Shown piece by piece: positions 24,361 through 37,490 of a DNA stretch of 64,000 bases. Location of the stretch: positions 73,596,001 through 73,660,000 of the forward strand of contig NC_058368.1 in the NCBI RefSeq assembly GCF_018350175.1. Reading direction: 5' to 3'. Under the pieces are notes generated by a model. The model had not been told where the DNA came from. It did not search any database and saw nothing but the letters and a program-made list of their open reading frames with translations. Position 1 is the first letter of the stretch. Every line of letters starts with the position of its first letter. The translations under genes and the position numbers were made by a program. Source of the stretch: Felis catus (lineage: Eukaryota).

Positions 24361-26160
24361 CTTTTTTCTTTAATTTTTATTATTTTATTTTTAATTTATT
24401 TATTTTTAAATTTACATCCAAGTTAGTTAGCATATAGTGTAACAATGATTTCAGGAGTATATTCCTTAATGTCCCTTACGCATTTAGCCCATCCCTCCTC
24501 CCACAACCCCTCCGGCAACCCTCTGTTTATTCTCCATATTTAAGAGTCTCTTATATTTTGTCTCCCTCCCTGTTTTTATATTATTTTTGCTTCCCTTCCC
24601 TTATGTTCATCTGTTTTGTATCTTAAATTCTTCATATGAATGAAGCCAAATGATATTTGTCTTTCTCTAATTTTGTTTGCATTAATACCCTCTAGTTTCA
24701 TCCACACAGTTGCAAATGGCAAGATTTCATCCTTTTTGATTGAAGAGCAATACTCCATTGTACATATATACCACATCTTCTTTATCCATTCATCCAACGA
24801 TGGACATTTGGGCTCTTTCCATACTTTGGCTATTGTTGACAGTGCTGCTATAAACATGGGGGTGCATGTGTCCCTTCGAAACAGCACACCTGTATCCCGT
24901 GGATAAATGCCTAGTAGTGCAATTGCTGGGTTGTAGGGTAGTTCTATTTTTAATTTTTTGAGGAGCCTCCATACTGTTTTCCAGAGTGGCTCCACCAGCT
25001 TGCATTCCCACCAGCAGTGCAAGAGATCCTCTCTCTCCGCATCCTTGCCAACATGTTGTTGCCTGAGTTGTTAATGTTAGCCATTCTGACAGGTGTGAGG
25101 TGGTATCTCATTGCGGTTTTGATTTGTATTTCCTTGTGGATGAGTGATGTGGAGCATTTTTTCATGTGTCGGCTGGCCATCTGGATATCTTCTTTGGAGA
25201 AGTGTCTATTCATGTCTTCTGACCATTTCTTCACTGGATTATTCGCTGTTTGGGTGTTGAGTTTGATAAGTTCTTTATACATTTTGGATCCTAACCTTTT
25301 GTCTGATATGTCATTTGCAAATATCTTCTCCTATTCTGTTGGTTGCCTTTTAGTTTTGCTGATTGTTTCCTTGGCTGTGAGAGATTTTTTATTTTGATGA
25401 GGTCCCAATATTTCATTTTTGCTTTTGTTTTCCTTGCCTCTGGAGACGTGTTGAGTAAGAAGTTGCTACGGCCAGGATCAAAGAGGTTTTTGCCTGCTTT
25501 CTCCTTGAGGATTTTGATGGCTTCCTTACATTGTCTTACATTGAGGTCTTTCATCCATTTTGAGTTTATTATGGTGTCTGGTGTAAGAAAGTGGTCCAGG
25601 TTCATTCTGCATGTCGCTGTCCAGTTTTCCCAGCACCACTTGCTGAGGAGACTGTCTTTATTCCATTGGATATTCTTTCCTGCTTTGTCAAAGATTAGTT
25701 GGCCATACACTTGTGGGTCCATTTCTGGGTTTTCTATTCTGTTCCATTGATCTGAGTGCCTATTTTTGTGCCAGTACCATACTATCTTGATGATTACAGC
25801 TTTGTTATACAACTTGAAGTCTGGGATTGTGATGCTTCCAGCTTTGGTTTTCTTTTTCAAGATTGCTTGGCTATTCGGGGTCTTTTCTGGTTCCATACAA
25901 ATTTTAGGATTATTTGTTCTAGCTCTGTGAGGAATGCTGGTGTTATTCTGATACGTATTGCATTGAATATGTAGATTGCTTCGGGTAGTGTTGACGTTTT
26001 ATCAATATTTGTTTTTCCTATCCAGGAGCATGGAATCTTTTTTTTCCATTTTTTTGTGTCTTCTTCAATTTCTTTCATAAGCTTTCTATAGTTTTCAGTG
26101 TATAGATTTTTTATCTCTTTGGCTAGATTTATTCCTAGGTATTTTATGGTTTTTGATGCA
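24361..26160 (-). mobile_element. 5'-truncated carnivore LINE-1 (ORF2 C-terminal part, 3'UTR, A-rich tail), antisense in the last METTL21E intron, frameshifted
   Basis: Minus-strand ORFs 25857..26171, 25291..25896, 24950..25282 and 24576..25022 give L1 ORF2 peptides ([55 protein letters not shown]). T-rich tail at 24361-24410. Degenerate TSD TTCCAAATACTTT / TTCCAAATCCTTT. Confidence 0.95.
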
Positions 26161-26501
26161 GGAGTTTCCAAATCCTTTGACTTTTCCCTTTCTCTAGATT
26201 ATTTTTCTCCTAGTGTATAGTAAATAGAAAATAACAACAGAAATAATAATAAAACAAAAACCCCAGGAGAACAGAAAATGCAATGGAGTGCAAAAGTACC
26301 ATGGGAATCTAATTTTTTTTAAGGGGATGTATAAGGCTACATTAGCATCTGTTTTGAAGAGATTTCCTTCCTGTGTGTAGTGACCAGTCTTTTCCGTGGG
26401 GTTAGCGATTGTGCAGAATTGTAAATGCATGTTGGCCTGAAACCTGATTGCTTTACCTTATCCCTCGAGGGTTACTTTTCCTACTGTTCTTTGTTTCATA
26501 G

Positions 26502-26941
26502 GTGCACATGTGACTGCCACAGATTTACCTGAATTACTTGGAAACCTGCAATATAATATTTCCCGAAACACCAAAATGAAATGTAAGCATTTGCCTCAGG
26601 TTAAAGAACTCTCCTGGGGTGTAGCTTTAGATGAGAACTTCCCCAGATCTTCCAACAATTTTGACTACATCCTGGCAGCTGATGTTGTCTACGCTCATCC
26701 TTTCCTGGAAGAACTCCTCATTACCTTTGACCATCTGTGCAAAGAAACTACCGTCATCCTCTGGGTCATGAAATTCAGGTTGGAGAAAGAAAATAAATTT
26801 GTAGATAGATTTAAGGAGTTATTTGACCTGGAGGAGATTTCCAGTTTCCCCAGCCTGAATATTAAGTTGTACAAAGCTGTGAAGAAAAGCCGGAGGAGTG
26901 CAAGGAAAGGAAAGGTGGTTTCCAGAAGAGTGTTCCTTTAA
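26502..26941 (+). CDS. METTL21E: METTL21E last coding exon
   Basis: Acceptor ttgtttcatAG. (G)AHVTATDLPELLGNLQYNISRN...KELSWG...FDYILAADVVY (DxxY motif of METTL21-type lysine methyltransferases)...; stop TAA at 26939-26941. Confidence 0.96.
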
Positions 26942-27247
26942 AGAAGACTCTGGATGATCTGATGTAGCGGTGACTTTCCCAAGTCACTTGCCTCATACAC
27001 TTGCCTCACCCCAGACAGGAATTTTCCCACATATAGCACCTGAGTCTAGAAGATGGCTAAGCCGTACCGTGTGGTCATTGGTTAGGACACAGTCGACTTT
27101 TCTTATCCCTCAATAGCACCATTTATTATTATTATCATTTTATTAAATGGTACTATTGTTTTTAATGTGTAATTGTAGGATAATTTTTAATATCTCTAAA
27201 ATGAACATTGCTATTGCTTTAGACATGAGCTTATCTGATTCTTTAGA

Positions 27248-27253
27248 AATAAA
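27248..27253 (+). terminator. Candidate METTL21E polyadenylation signal (AATAAA)
   Basis: AATAAA about 300 nt after the stop codon. Usage cannot be shown from sequence. Confidence 0.35.
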
Positions 27254-28236
27254 GATATGGATTACAATGGGATCTGCAAGTAAATCTGAAAAGGCAGATA
27301 CATAATATAATGGTAACTAGGAGATTAATTTTGTGGTTTTCCTTAGTGCCACCTTATAGGTGGTCGATGGTCTCTCCTTGGCAGGGTAGGCCTCGAGCGC
27401 AACCTCTGAAATCAATCATGCATGTGGAGCTGAGGTTACAGGCAAGGACATTTCATTCTAGTAAATGAAAAATGACTGGAGGCCAGCATTAACACAGTTG
27501 AGATTTTGGAGAAGTAATTGTTTAATTTTCAAGCCATGTACAGTTATGTTGTATCACAGAGAGAGAAATAAATATAAAAACTTTGGGTTGAAAATACGCA
27601 TGAAAAGATTTGGGCTCCTAAACTCAAATCACCAGATACAGGGCTGGTTTTGAAGTTTAAAGCTTTTCTGATGCACATATATAGACCTGGATACCTGAAA
27701 TCCTACATGATTTTCTTCACACAGACCTTAGAGATTAGAACAAAGACCGATGTAATTAAAGTCAGTGCAAGGAGGGTAAAAAACGAGGATTCTGTACCAG
27801 TGGTTCAGACTCCATTGGTTGGTGGTTATCACTTTTGTGATGTTCCTCAGGCTGGTACTTCTCCTAAGCCCAGCCCTGTGCTTTGCTGGAAGTTGTCAGC
27901 CACTCAGGGTCCAGCAGAGCTGACAGAAGGACTTCCTAGGGTCCTGATGTGTAAGAAGGAGACTGATGTACTCCCAGTGGGTTTTTGGCTGTGCAGCCCA
28001 CAGGGCTGTCTCCCAGGGACTCCTGATGTTTATGTGGTCTTTTCTGGTTTTCACAGTCCATTACTACATAAAGTTGTGTGATCCTCACAACTTTTATAGG
28101 AAGTCTAGGGACTATCATTATCCCTGCCTCACATTGCAGCCTTGCTGGGGCTGTGAGGGTGGTCACCTGCCCCAAGCACACAGCTCCAGAGGGTGGGCCT
28201 CAGACCCAGCTTGTCTGAGAAGAGGGCCTGTGTTCT

Positions 28237-28474
28237 TTAAGTTTATTTATTTATTTTGAGACAGAGAGTGAGAGAGAGTGAGTGAGCATGCGTACATGAG
28301 CAGGGGAGGGGTAGAGAGAGAGGGAGAGAGAGAATCCCAAGCAGACTCTGCACTGTCAGCACAGAGACTGACGGGGGCGTCGATCTCACAAGCTGTGAGA
28401 TCATGATCTGAGCCGAAGTCAAGAGTCTAGTCAAGAGTCTAGACGCTTAACCGACTGAGTCACCCAGGTGCCCC
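28237..28474 (-). mobile_element. CanSINE with an internal 12-bp duplication
   Basis: TSD AGGGCCTGTGTTCTT; GTCAAGAGTCTA twice at 28418-28441. Confidence 0.9.
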
Positions 28475-29949
28475 TAGGGCCTGTGTTCTTCACAACTGCA
28501 CTGCTTTTATGTATTTAGAACAGCAATTTTCAAGCTCCTTTGTAAATGGGTGAAGTCATCTCTTCAAAATGGGATCAGTCCTCAGAAAGGTAAGCAACGA
28601 CATTAGGAGAATGAAAACCGCCCTTCCTTATATTTTTCCTCGTTTCTTGCCTTAACTGGGTGGTTCGTGCAGGTGCATTTGGAAGGTGACATTTAAGCAA
28701 AGCAGGAAGGAGATAAGGGAAGAAGCGGTGCATATATCCAGGGAAGTGTGTTCCACGCAGAAGGGGCAGCCAGGCCAGGACCTTAAGACAGGAGCGTGCC
28801 AGTCCTTGAGCAGAAACAGCGAAGGCCAGTGTGCTTTGGAGCAGGGCGAGGGGGGACGCTGGTTAGTCAGAGGGGCTGAGGGGGCCAGGTCACGTCTGAT
28901 CGTCACTGCAGGCTGGCTTCTTCAGAAGCAGACTCTGAGGTGGTGTCTTGTTCACCAGTTCTTGATCAGGGGGTGCTTGTTGGTATCTAGATTTGTGGAA
29001 AGGGGTGGGACAGAAGGTCGAGCTGCAGTGCAGGCCTGGCCTCATGGGGCCCTGAACTGAGAATGGCCTGAATGGCCGTGTTGGGCCTTGATGACTCCAC
29101 ATCACTCAGTCACTGGATGCACGCTGCCCTGGGAAGGCTCTGTGACCTCGTGTGAGGTGACTCTTCAGCATCCCCAAGGATGCTGACAGCTGAGGTCCAT
29201 CTACTGCAGCACTTCGAGCAGCCAGGTAAGAAGTTTTCCGGAAGGGGACTTGGGCAACACATCACAGTGTGCACCACTGCCTCTAGGGCCACTGAAAGCA
29301 CTTGGGCTTTTTTCCAGTGAAGTGGAGAATCGATGGATGATTGCAGTAGAGGGAGACAGCATCAGTCCGGGTGAGGACCACGCTGGCTGCCGTTTGGAGA
29401 ATACTGTGAAGTGGCCAAGGGACCGGTTAGGAGGTTGCGGCAGCCGTCCAGGTAACCAAGAGGGCAGAGCCCACAGCAGGAATGAGCCCTAGAGGTGGTG
29501 AGAAGTGGTCATTTGTAGAAGCATTTGGAAGCCGGAGCCAACAGACATTCCCTCCGTGCCAAGGAGTCAAAGGTGATTCTAAAGTGTTGGAGCCCAGCTA
29601 TTCGATGTAACGTTAGAGTCCTCAGCTTAGAGATGGTTTATAAAGCTCGTTCATGGAGCAAGAGGAAAGAGAAGAAGGCAGGGATGGAGCCCCGAGGCTG
29701 GCCAACATGAGGAGCACACATAGTAGGTGTGTTTGGGATTTATTTGAGCTTGTGCCCCTCACCCACAAGTTATGATAGTATCTGTTGACTCTTGAAACCA
29801 CAGCAGTTTCAAACGGGTCAGCGGAGTTCCAAATCTCCTCACAGCTGACTCGCGAGCTTCTAGGACGGTTTTAGCTTGGTGGCAGGAATCCAGGGCTAAC
29901 ACGTGAATACAATGGCTCCTCTGCTAAATGTTTGACTATCACTACCCAG

Positions 29950-29959
29950 CTATTTTTAG
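29950..29959. promoter_or_regulatory. Consensus MEF2 site
   Basis: CTATTTTTAG matches CTA(A/T)4TAG. Confidence 0.4.
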
Positions 29960-30318
29960 GTAGAATAGATAAAGTGTCCTTCTTTTCCAAGACCGAGTTA
30001 GGACCAAGCCAGCCATATGGTTCTTCTTTTCCTAAGTGTCAGTCTGTCAAATGCAACGTTCCATAGCCATTGTTTTATTCTGTTTATAGCATTCACTTGC
30101 AAATTTTAACACCCACCCACACACACTGTGTGCCTGTCTACTTTTATCTTTTTGCTTTAGGTTCTCCACACTTGTCTAGATTCAGTTTCATAATAATTTG
30201 ATTTCAAAAGATGTCATTTGAGGAAGTCTTTTCTATCTTACAAGTTTATTTTATGGCTAGGAGTTGATTTGTTAACTTTAGTCCAAGGTAGTTTATGAAT
30301 TTTGCCTTTACTCCACTT

Positions 30319-30322
<4 letters not shown>

Positions 30323-30366
<44 letters not shown>

Positions 30367-30381
30367 CTTTTTTTTTTTTTT
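30323..30381. repeat. (TG)n-(CG)n-(TG)n followed by poly(T)
   Basis: Directly visible. Confidence 0.95.
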
Positions 30382-30553
30382 GACAAGTTAAACTATGCTA
30401 CTGAAAACCTAGTCCAATTCTTGCAGTGACTTTCCAGATTTCTAATAGAATAAACACACTGTCAAGGTTTTAATAGAGGGTTATCATAGAATAGTTGTTG
30501 CTTCATAGCAGACGTACCAACTTGCTAGCGATTCTCTGCAGCTTAAAATTTAC

Positions 30554-30773
30554 GGGAGCACCTGGGGGGCTCAGTCGGTTGGGTTTTTGACTTCGGCTTA
30601 GGTCATAGATCTCGCCATTCATGAGTTCAAGCCCCACGTCAGGCTCTGTGCTGACAGCTCAGAACCTGGAGCTTGCTTTGGAGTCTGTGTCTCCCTCTCT
30701 CTCTGCCCCTCCCCCGCTCACACTCTGTCTCTGTCTCTCTCTCAAAAATAAATAGACATTAAAAAAATTAAGA
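30554..30773 (+). mobile_element. CanSINE
   Basis: TSD AAAATTTAC on both sides. Confidence 0.9.
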
Positions 30774-31204
30774 AAAATTTACATGTTACACACAGGTAAA
30801 CACAAAAAATTGCTGTGCCCCAGCCAGTATCAATCGACTTTAGGAAACTACATACTATACAAAAATCTTCTATTTTAGAATTTACTGATATGTCCTATTT
30901 CACTTGTGCCAATTTTTGTCAACCAGAATTAAAAAAAAATTGGTTTCTATTCCATATTTATATTCTTTTTTTGGGATAAAGATTTGTGGTATTGGGTAAC
31001 TTCTGAACAGATTTGGAGCCAATGGTATAAATTCATTATTGTGGAAAAAACAGGAAAGGAAACATAACAGAATGTTCCTTTATCTTATTTTATTTTATTT
31101 TAATTTATTTTAATTTAATTTTTTTAAATCCTTGGGTTCCAGGAGCATGAAGTTCTCTGTAAGTGCCTGGTCTTTGTGGGCAGAGACCGTTTCCAACTTG
31201 TTTT

Positions 31205-31448
31205 AGTTGTTTTATTTTTTTATTTAAAAATTTTTATTTTATTTTTTTAATGTTCATTTATTTTTTGAGAGAGAGAGATACAGGGCAAGCAGGGGAGGAG
31301 CAGAGAGAGGGAGACACAGAATCTGAAGCAGGCTCCTGGCTCCGAGTTGTCGGCACAGAGCCTGATGCAGGGCTCAAACCCATAAGCTGTGAGATCATGA
31401 CCTGAGCTGAAGTCGGATGCCCAACCAACTGAGCCACACAGGCACCCC
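31205..31448 (-). mobile_element. CanSINE
   Basis: TSD TCCAACTTGTTTTA. Confidence 0.9.
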
Positions 31449-31624
31449 TCCAACTTGTTTTAAACAGTACCATTGGTGTATGGGCAGGTAAATCATTTCT
31501 GAATATCCTTTGGAAGTAAAACATATCCACTGGGTAGGATTTTCATACAAGAAAAGATTTACATGTACTAACATTGAAAGCAAACTGGGAACCTTGGGCT
31601 TCAGAAATAAAAGATTAAAAAAAT

Positions 31625-31647
31625 GTTTTTTTTAATGTTTATTTATT

Positions 31648-31705
<58 letters not shown>

Positions 31706-31869
31706 TGAGCAGGGGAAGGGTAAAGAGAGAGGGAGTCATAGAATCTGAAGCAGGCTCCGGGCTCTGAGCTGTCGGCACAGAGCCTGATGTGGGGCTCTAA
31801 CTCATGAACCATGAGATCATGACCTGAGCCAAAGTCGGTCGTTTAACCAACTGAGCCAACCTGTTTCCT
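31625..31869 (-). mobile_element. CanSINE with expanded (GA)n tract
   Basis: TSD AGAAATAAAAGATT; pure (GA)n at about 31651-31702. Confidence 0.9.
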
Positions 31870-34800
31870 CTAGAAATAAAAGATTTAAAGTCAACCTTAA
31901 GTAGATCAGATGGGTTTATTGATACGCTTAGAAGAAAATTAATATCCTGTGCCTCCTCCTTCATTGAAACTTAGTTTTCAATGAAGTCTGCATGTGGACG
32001 AAAATAATTGTCAAATATGTGCATTTTTTTTCTCCATCAAATTATAAGGCAAAAATAAGAAAGAAGATTGGGCCTGGAACAGATAAATAATTTCACGCAG
32101 TGCAGGGGGATATAGGCAAAGCAAGATTTAAAAACCATAGATGCTTGTGAGTGTGTGTGTGGATCCAGTTCTTTAGGTCTTCTTTCTGGAGCCTAGAAAT
32201 TGTTCACAAATGGTTTCCACATCCGGGTTTTGGTATTTTTGAGTTTGTGATGTGAAATTCAGTCCAGAATACTTACCTGCAAGCCCAGTTTCAGTGTCTG
32301 CTCTGCTTCCAGGTGCCAGACAAAATGGAAGACACTGCTTTGTATTCTTACGTGGCTGTATTAACGGGGCAGTTGGGGCCTTAGTTAGCACCGGTTAGTT
32401 GTGTTGTCCTATTAGTTCCTTTATGAAAAGTTCCCCGGCTGGACACTGGTGTGTCCTCAGACTGTGTGTAGCTGTGTAGGGTTTAGACTGCTGGGCACAC
32501 ATAACACCACCGATGTCCGTTCCTCCCAAATGACCTTTGGCCTCTGTCATGAGCTGTGCTTTCATCAGGACAGCTCACAGGACGATTTTTACCTCTCAGC
32601 TCTCCCAGTTTCCTCATTTCTAAGGCAGTTGTCTTGACATGAACTCCAATCAAGTTTTAGAACTGGCGCTCAAACATCAAGGAATTTAAAAGCATCATTA
32701 AACATGAAAACAGATGTCCAGGTCAAATTTTGTGATAAATTACATTAAGAAAAAAAAATTTGAAAAGATACTGGCTGTCTGCTGCCACCACTAACGCTTT
32801 ACCATACCAAAGCATTTTGTCTGGTTTTCCAAGCAGAAGCACGGCCAAATAAGATTAAAACAGTCCCTTAACAAATATCTTAATAGCCAGCTGTTATTTC
32901 ATAATGCCACAAATATAGGACACAAGGCTTCTGAAAACTAGTTATTTGGTAAATGCTACATTTTGTAGTTTAGGGTTTGAAAATTTTCATATTTTCATTG
33001 TCCACGGCCTATATAGCTATACTCTTCTTTGTTTTATGAGTCAGCCCCTTACCTTCACTGTTGTGGTTTTTTTTTTTTTTTAATGTCATGATTTGGGTTT
33101 TCTTATCTAGTGCCATGATTTAATTTGGGTTTCTTATCTCTTTCTGTGTTTCCTTTGTTGGAAGAGTATAAATCATGATGGCAAAGGTTGTCTCTTTGTC
33201 ACAAACCATCATAAATAAGCCCAAACAACAGGCCATAAAAATGTAAGAAATTCTTAGATTAAAAAACATGAGTAATGTTTTCTACCCACCTGGTGTTCAG
33301 AGGTAAAAGTACACTTCGCATCTAGTAAATTATTAACAGTTTTTAAACCAAGGATTTCCTCCTTCCTTAGGATCTCTGTGATTAATAGGTATTCAATTTG
33401 AGAATTAGATGTCAAACATGATAAACGCATTTCATAATTATGTATTAAAAGGAGGAATTGGGGAATAATTATAAGATTATAATTAGGTATAATAACTGTA
33501 CAGTTGTAATAAATTTATATAATAAGAATGGGCAGCATTCTCGGAGTGGAGAGAGCAAAGAGCTACAGGTACTAGGAACAGATTTCATGTTTTTGAAAGA
33601 ACTCAAGGAGGGTTAAAGGCAATTACAAGAAGACAACTAATACAACTACCTTTTACTTCCTTTGGAGTTTATTCTTTCTCTTCCAGGAAGCCATCTGATG
33701 GCTGTCATTCATTCATTCATTAATTCAATATTTGTTGAAAACTCACAATATGCCAAGCAGGGGCTGTAGACACAGTGAACAGTGTAGATGGGCCACTCCT
33801 CCCAGAGACCTAAAGTTCCACGTGAACAGGCAGACAGGGAGATCAGTGCCTGGGGGAGTGGGGTGGGGAACAGACTGTTCTGGTAGGAGAGAACGTAACC
33901 TCCAACCAGGGAGTCAATGAGGGCTTGCTGGATAAGTGACCCGTATAGCTGGAGATGGAGAGGGGAGAGGGGATGCATTCTGGACAGAAGGAACATCACG
34001 TGGGAAGCTTTTCAGACAGCCAACAGTGACCCATTTGAACTACTCCCTGGAAAAAATTGTGGCTTCTGTTGCCCCTTGCTGAAATAAGTCCATTTGTGAA
34101 ATACTCACTGTTTTGCACTCTATTTTAGATATTTTACATAGGGCATCTCACTGAATACCTTTTAATACCCTAGAGGCATTAGCCCAGTTTACGTATGAAG
34201 AAACCGAGGCCCAGTGGCAGTAAGCAGCTTCTCCAAGGTTACACCTGTGGGTAGACTGAGATGGGAAACCGGTCCCTGTGGCACCAAAGCTGGTGCTTCG
34301 TGTCCCTTTTCCCCTCTGAGCCCTGCAAGAACATCCTGAATTTGAATTTTATTCTAGCTAATTCTGAGCAATCTAATTTACTGAATATTGTTTTTATTTG
34401 CCTCCTGAGCACAAATTAGCTGTAGTGGAACACTACTGAGATGAACTCCCTTTCACAGTGTGCCATGAAGAGTATGATTTTAGAAATGTGTGTATATACC
34501 CAGCAAATACTTAACTTTTTCTTTGCATGGAACATTGGACAAATACTGGATTAAAGATACGTAGTGATCTTCAAATAGCCAGTGTGGGGGTAAAGAAAGA
34601 CCCCATGTATAAGGCGGTATGGAGGTGGAAGCCAAGCTGTTCTTTTATTGAAAGACAACCCAGGAGGAAGGAAGTGGAGGGGTGTTGGATGGCCTCAGGT
34701 GACTCCTCAGCAGAAAAAGCCAAGGGGGCGGGGCTGAACTTTAAAACCTCATCTGATCTGTCAATGATGCTAGTGTTTACAAGCCTGTTACTAGGTGCTG

Positions 34801-36200
34801 ACGCTCACTGCCTCAGCACAGAGGTAAGCCCCGGGGTGATGTGAGCATGCCGGTTCCCAGAAACCGCCTTTCAGCAATCTTTCAAGGTGAGGGCAGCCTT
34901 GACTCAGGCAGTGTAGGCTTTTGAAGCCAAACAAGAGGGCAAAGGGACTCTGACAGGGAGACTGGACGTTCACCAGCATCTCCGCGGCAAAGTGCTGGTC
35001 TCAGTGGAAATGGCCTGAGGTTCATCCGATGACAGGCACCTCGGTTCTGGGGGGTTGATGTTGCTGACTGAGCCTCAAACACTGGCCAGGGGTCTGGACA
35101 GGTGGCTGGATGTAAGCCCATGTGGTTCAGCGGGTGCTGCCATGGTGCCAGAAGCTGGCAGTTCTCAGAGGCTGTCATGTGAGGGTGAAGCTCAGAGGAC
35201 TGTGCAGGTTGGCACTGAAGAGTGACGTCAGCCAGTGTAGTCACGGAATGTTCCAGGATCGAGAGGAGGAAAAATGATGTGTCTCAAACTTCTGGTGGGA
35301 GATGGCTTCCCTGGGCAGTCACTTCAAAGGCAGGATGGTAGGGATGGAAACTCCAGGGAGCAAGCCTCAAGGTCAGTGAGGACAAGGAATCGCAGAGTAC
35401 GTTGGTCTCTGATAGTCTTTCTGCTGGATGTATTCCTGGTCAATGTTTACACCGACCACAAACTGACGCCTGCGGACTGACGTCTCTGCTAAGCCAGTGA
35501 CTGAACCAGGAGTCTGATACATGCAAGAAGTCGAAGCCAACATCTGAGGACATTTCAGCTCGTGTGCCAATATAACCTACCTCAGATAAAAAGCTTGCTT
35601 TGATTCCGTCTTATTCTTTGGACAAGTAGGTGAAAAGCTAAGGATTTGGATACCCTTCCTCCAAAGCTTCCAGAATAAAATCTGAAGTTACCTAAAATTG
35701 CCACTGGGAGGCCCCAGTGCTCTGTAAAATAAACGTTCCCTTCCGAATAAAGAAGTGAAAATAAAAGAAATGATTTAAACAAGTGAATTGAATTATGAAA
35801 GATTATATGCAAATGCATCCAGAGCGACAAGGGGTAAATACACAACAGTATAATGTGATAAATATGTGGTGCCGTCCTCCTTAATTAGGGATTGTTTAAA
35901 TTCCACCCCTTGCCTCAGCACTGCGCACTCTTAGGAAATAAACCCTCCAAGAAAAGAAAAGGAAGGGCTGATTTTCAGGTCTTTGAATGCTGAACAGGTG
36001 TTCACCTGGCTGTGTGTGAGTGTTCATGTTTATGTACTTGTGTGAGGGAGGAAGGAGGGGAGGCAGGAAGAGAAGAGTAAGAGAATGGGGAGGGGTCGCT
36101 GAAAGAGACTGTCCTGTAGTGGGGAAGACAGGTTTGGATTCTTGCAGCCTGAGAAGAAACAATATCTGGCCGGACTTGCCAGATTTTGATTTCTTATAAT

Positions 36201-36381
36201 GCATTCATTCTCAAACTTGAGCGTGCATCAGAATCACCTGGAGAGCTTATTAAGCACAACCTGTTGGGCTCAGAGTTTCTGATTCAGTAGATCTGGAATG
36301 GGTCCCGAGAACTTGCATTTCTAATGGGTTCCCCGGTGATGCTGATGCTCCTGGTCTGGGGACCCCATTTGAGAACCACTG
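36201..36381. mobile_element. MER5A-like hAT-Charlie MITE
   Basis: ttctcaaacttgagcgtgcatcagaatcacctggag...tttctgattcagtagatctgg...tttgagaaccactg, with inverted ends TTCTCAAA / TTTGAGAA. Confidence 0.85.
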
Positions 36382-36674
36382 TTGTCATACGTTATATTCC
36401 AGCCTTTGGCGTGTAGGGCATTTAGGCATATAAGGGAGATGCCTCCATCTAATTGTTCTATGTTTCCCCTATTCAGTTCATCTTTTGTATCTGACGATTC
36501 ATATCTTAAGAGGTACCCTCTTCCTGAAATGAACATTCTCCCCCATGAAACCTTCCACCAACCCCCTTAGGGAAGTCCCTGTAGGCTCCGTTCTTTCTAA
36601 CTTGTTGGGAGGACAGCTTCATTCAATATTGCAAATTATGGACTAATCTTTTTTACTTGCACTTAATGTTCTTC

Positions 36675-36822
36675 TTTTTTTAAAGTTTATTTATTTATTT
36701 TGAGGGGGAGAAGGAGCAGAGAGAGAGAATCCTGAGCAGTGGAATTCCCATGACTGCGTGATCATGACCTGAGCCAAAATCAAGAGCAGGATGCTTAACT
36801 GAATGAGCCATCCAGGTGCCCC
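36675..36822 (-). mobile_element. Internally deleted CanSINE
   Basis: TSD CACTTAATGTTCTT; middle of the body missing. Confidence 0.85.
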
Positions 36823-37266
36823 ACACTTAATGTTCTTTTACGTTTATGCACCATTTCTGTCCATTTTGTGTCTAACACTTTAAGCATAGTTATAAATAGA
36901 CTATGAAGTAAAGAGGGAATGAGAAAAATGGTACATAGATTATTTCACAAAGACTAAGGGGATGCTTCTTGAAATTCTAGGTTGGGGATTCTGAATATAA
37001 AATGCTTGTAAGCTATTGAAGAACAGACAGTGGCAGTGTTTGATTTTATTACTATAGCATGTAATAGCTCTATATTCAAATGGGCTTTTAATTAAAAAAT
37101 GTGTTGATGCTCCTATACCAGAGATTTGACTCCCAACCCTTATATAGTCTTTACAGGGGAAGTTCCAATATACACCCAATGGTAGCATTTGGGGCAGGAG
37201 TCTTGGTGGTGCAAAGGAGTTTGTCAGGGGGAGGCCAGGGGTGGGAGAAGCGCAGCCAAGAAGAGG

Positions 37267-37490
37267 TTTTTTTTTTTTTTAACGTTTTTATTTATTTTTG
37301 AGAGAGAGAGAGACAGAGAGAGACAGAGTGCAAGTGGGGGAGGGGCAGAGAGAGAGGGAGACGCAGAATCCAAAGCAGGCTCCAGGCTCCAAGCTGTCGG
37401 CACAGAGCCCAACGCCGGGGCTCAAACTCCTGGAGATCATGAGCTGAGCTGAGGTCAGGCGCTTAACTGACTGAGCCACCCAGGTGCCCC
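37267..37490 (-). mobile_element. CanSINE
   Basis: Typical body; short TSD AGAAGAG. Confidence 0.9.

Noticed and set aside
24576..26171. Active or domesticated L1 ORF2 gene
   Set aside because: 5'-truncated and broken into at least four frames by frameshifts and stops.
26439..26447. MEF3/SIX-like motif GAAACCTGA
   Set aside because: Single short motif that overlaps the likely branch-point region of the last METTL21E acceptor.
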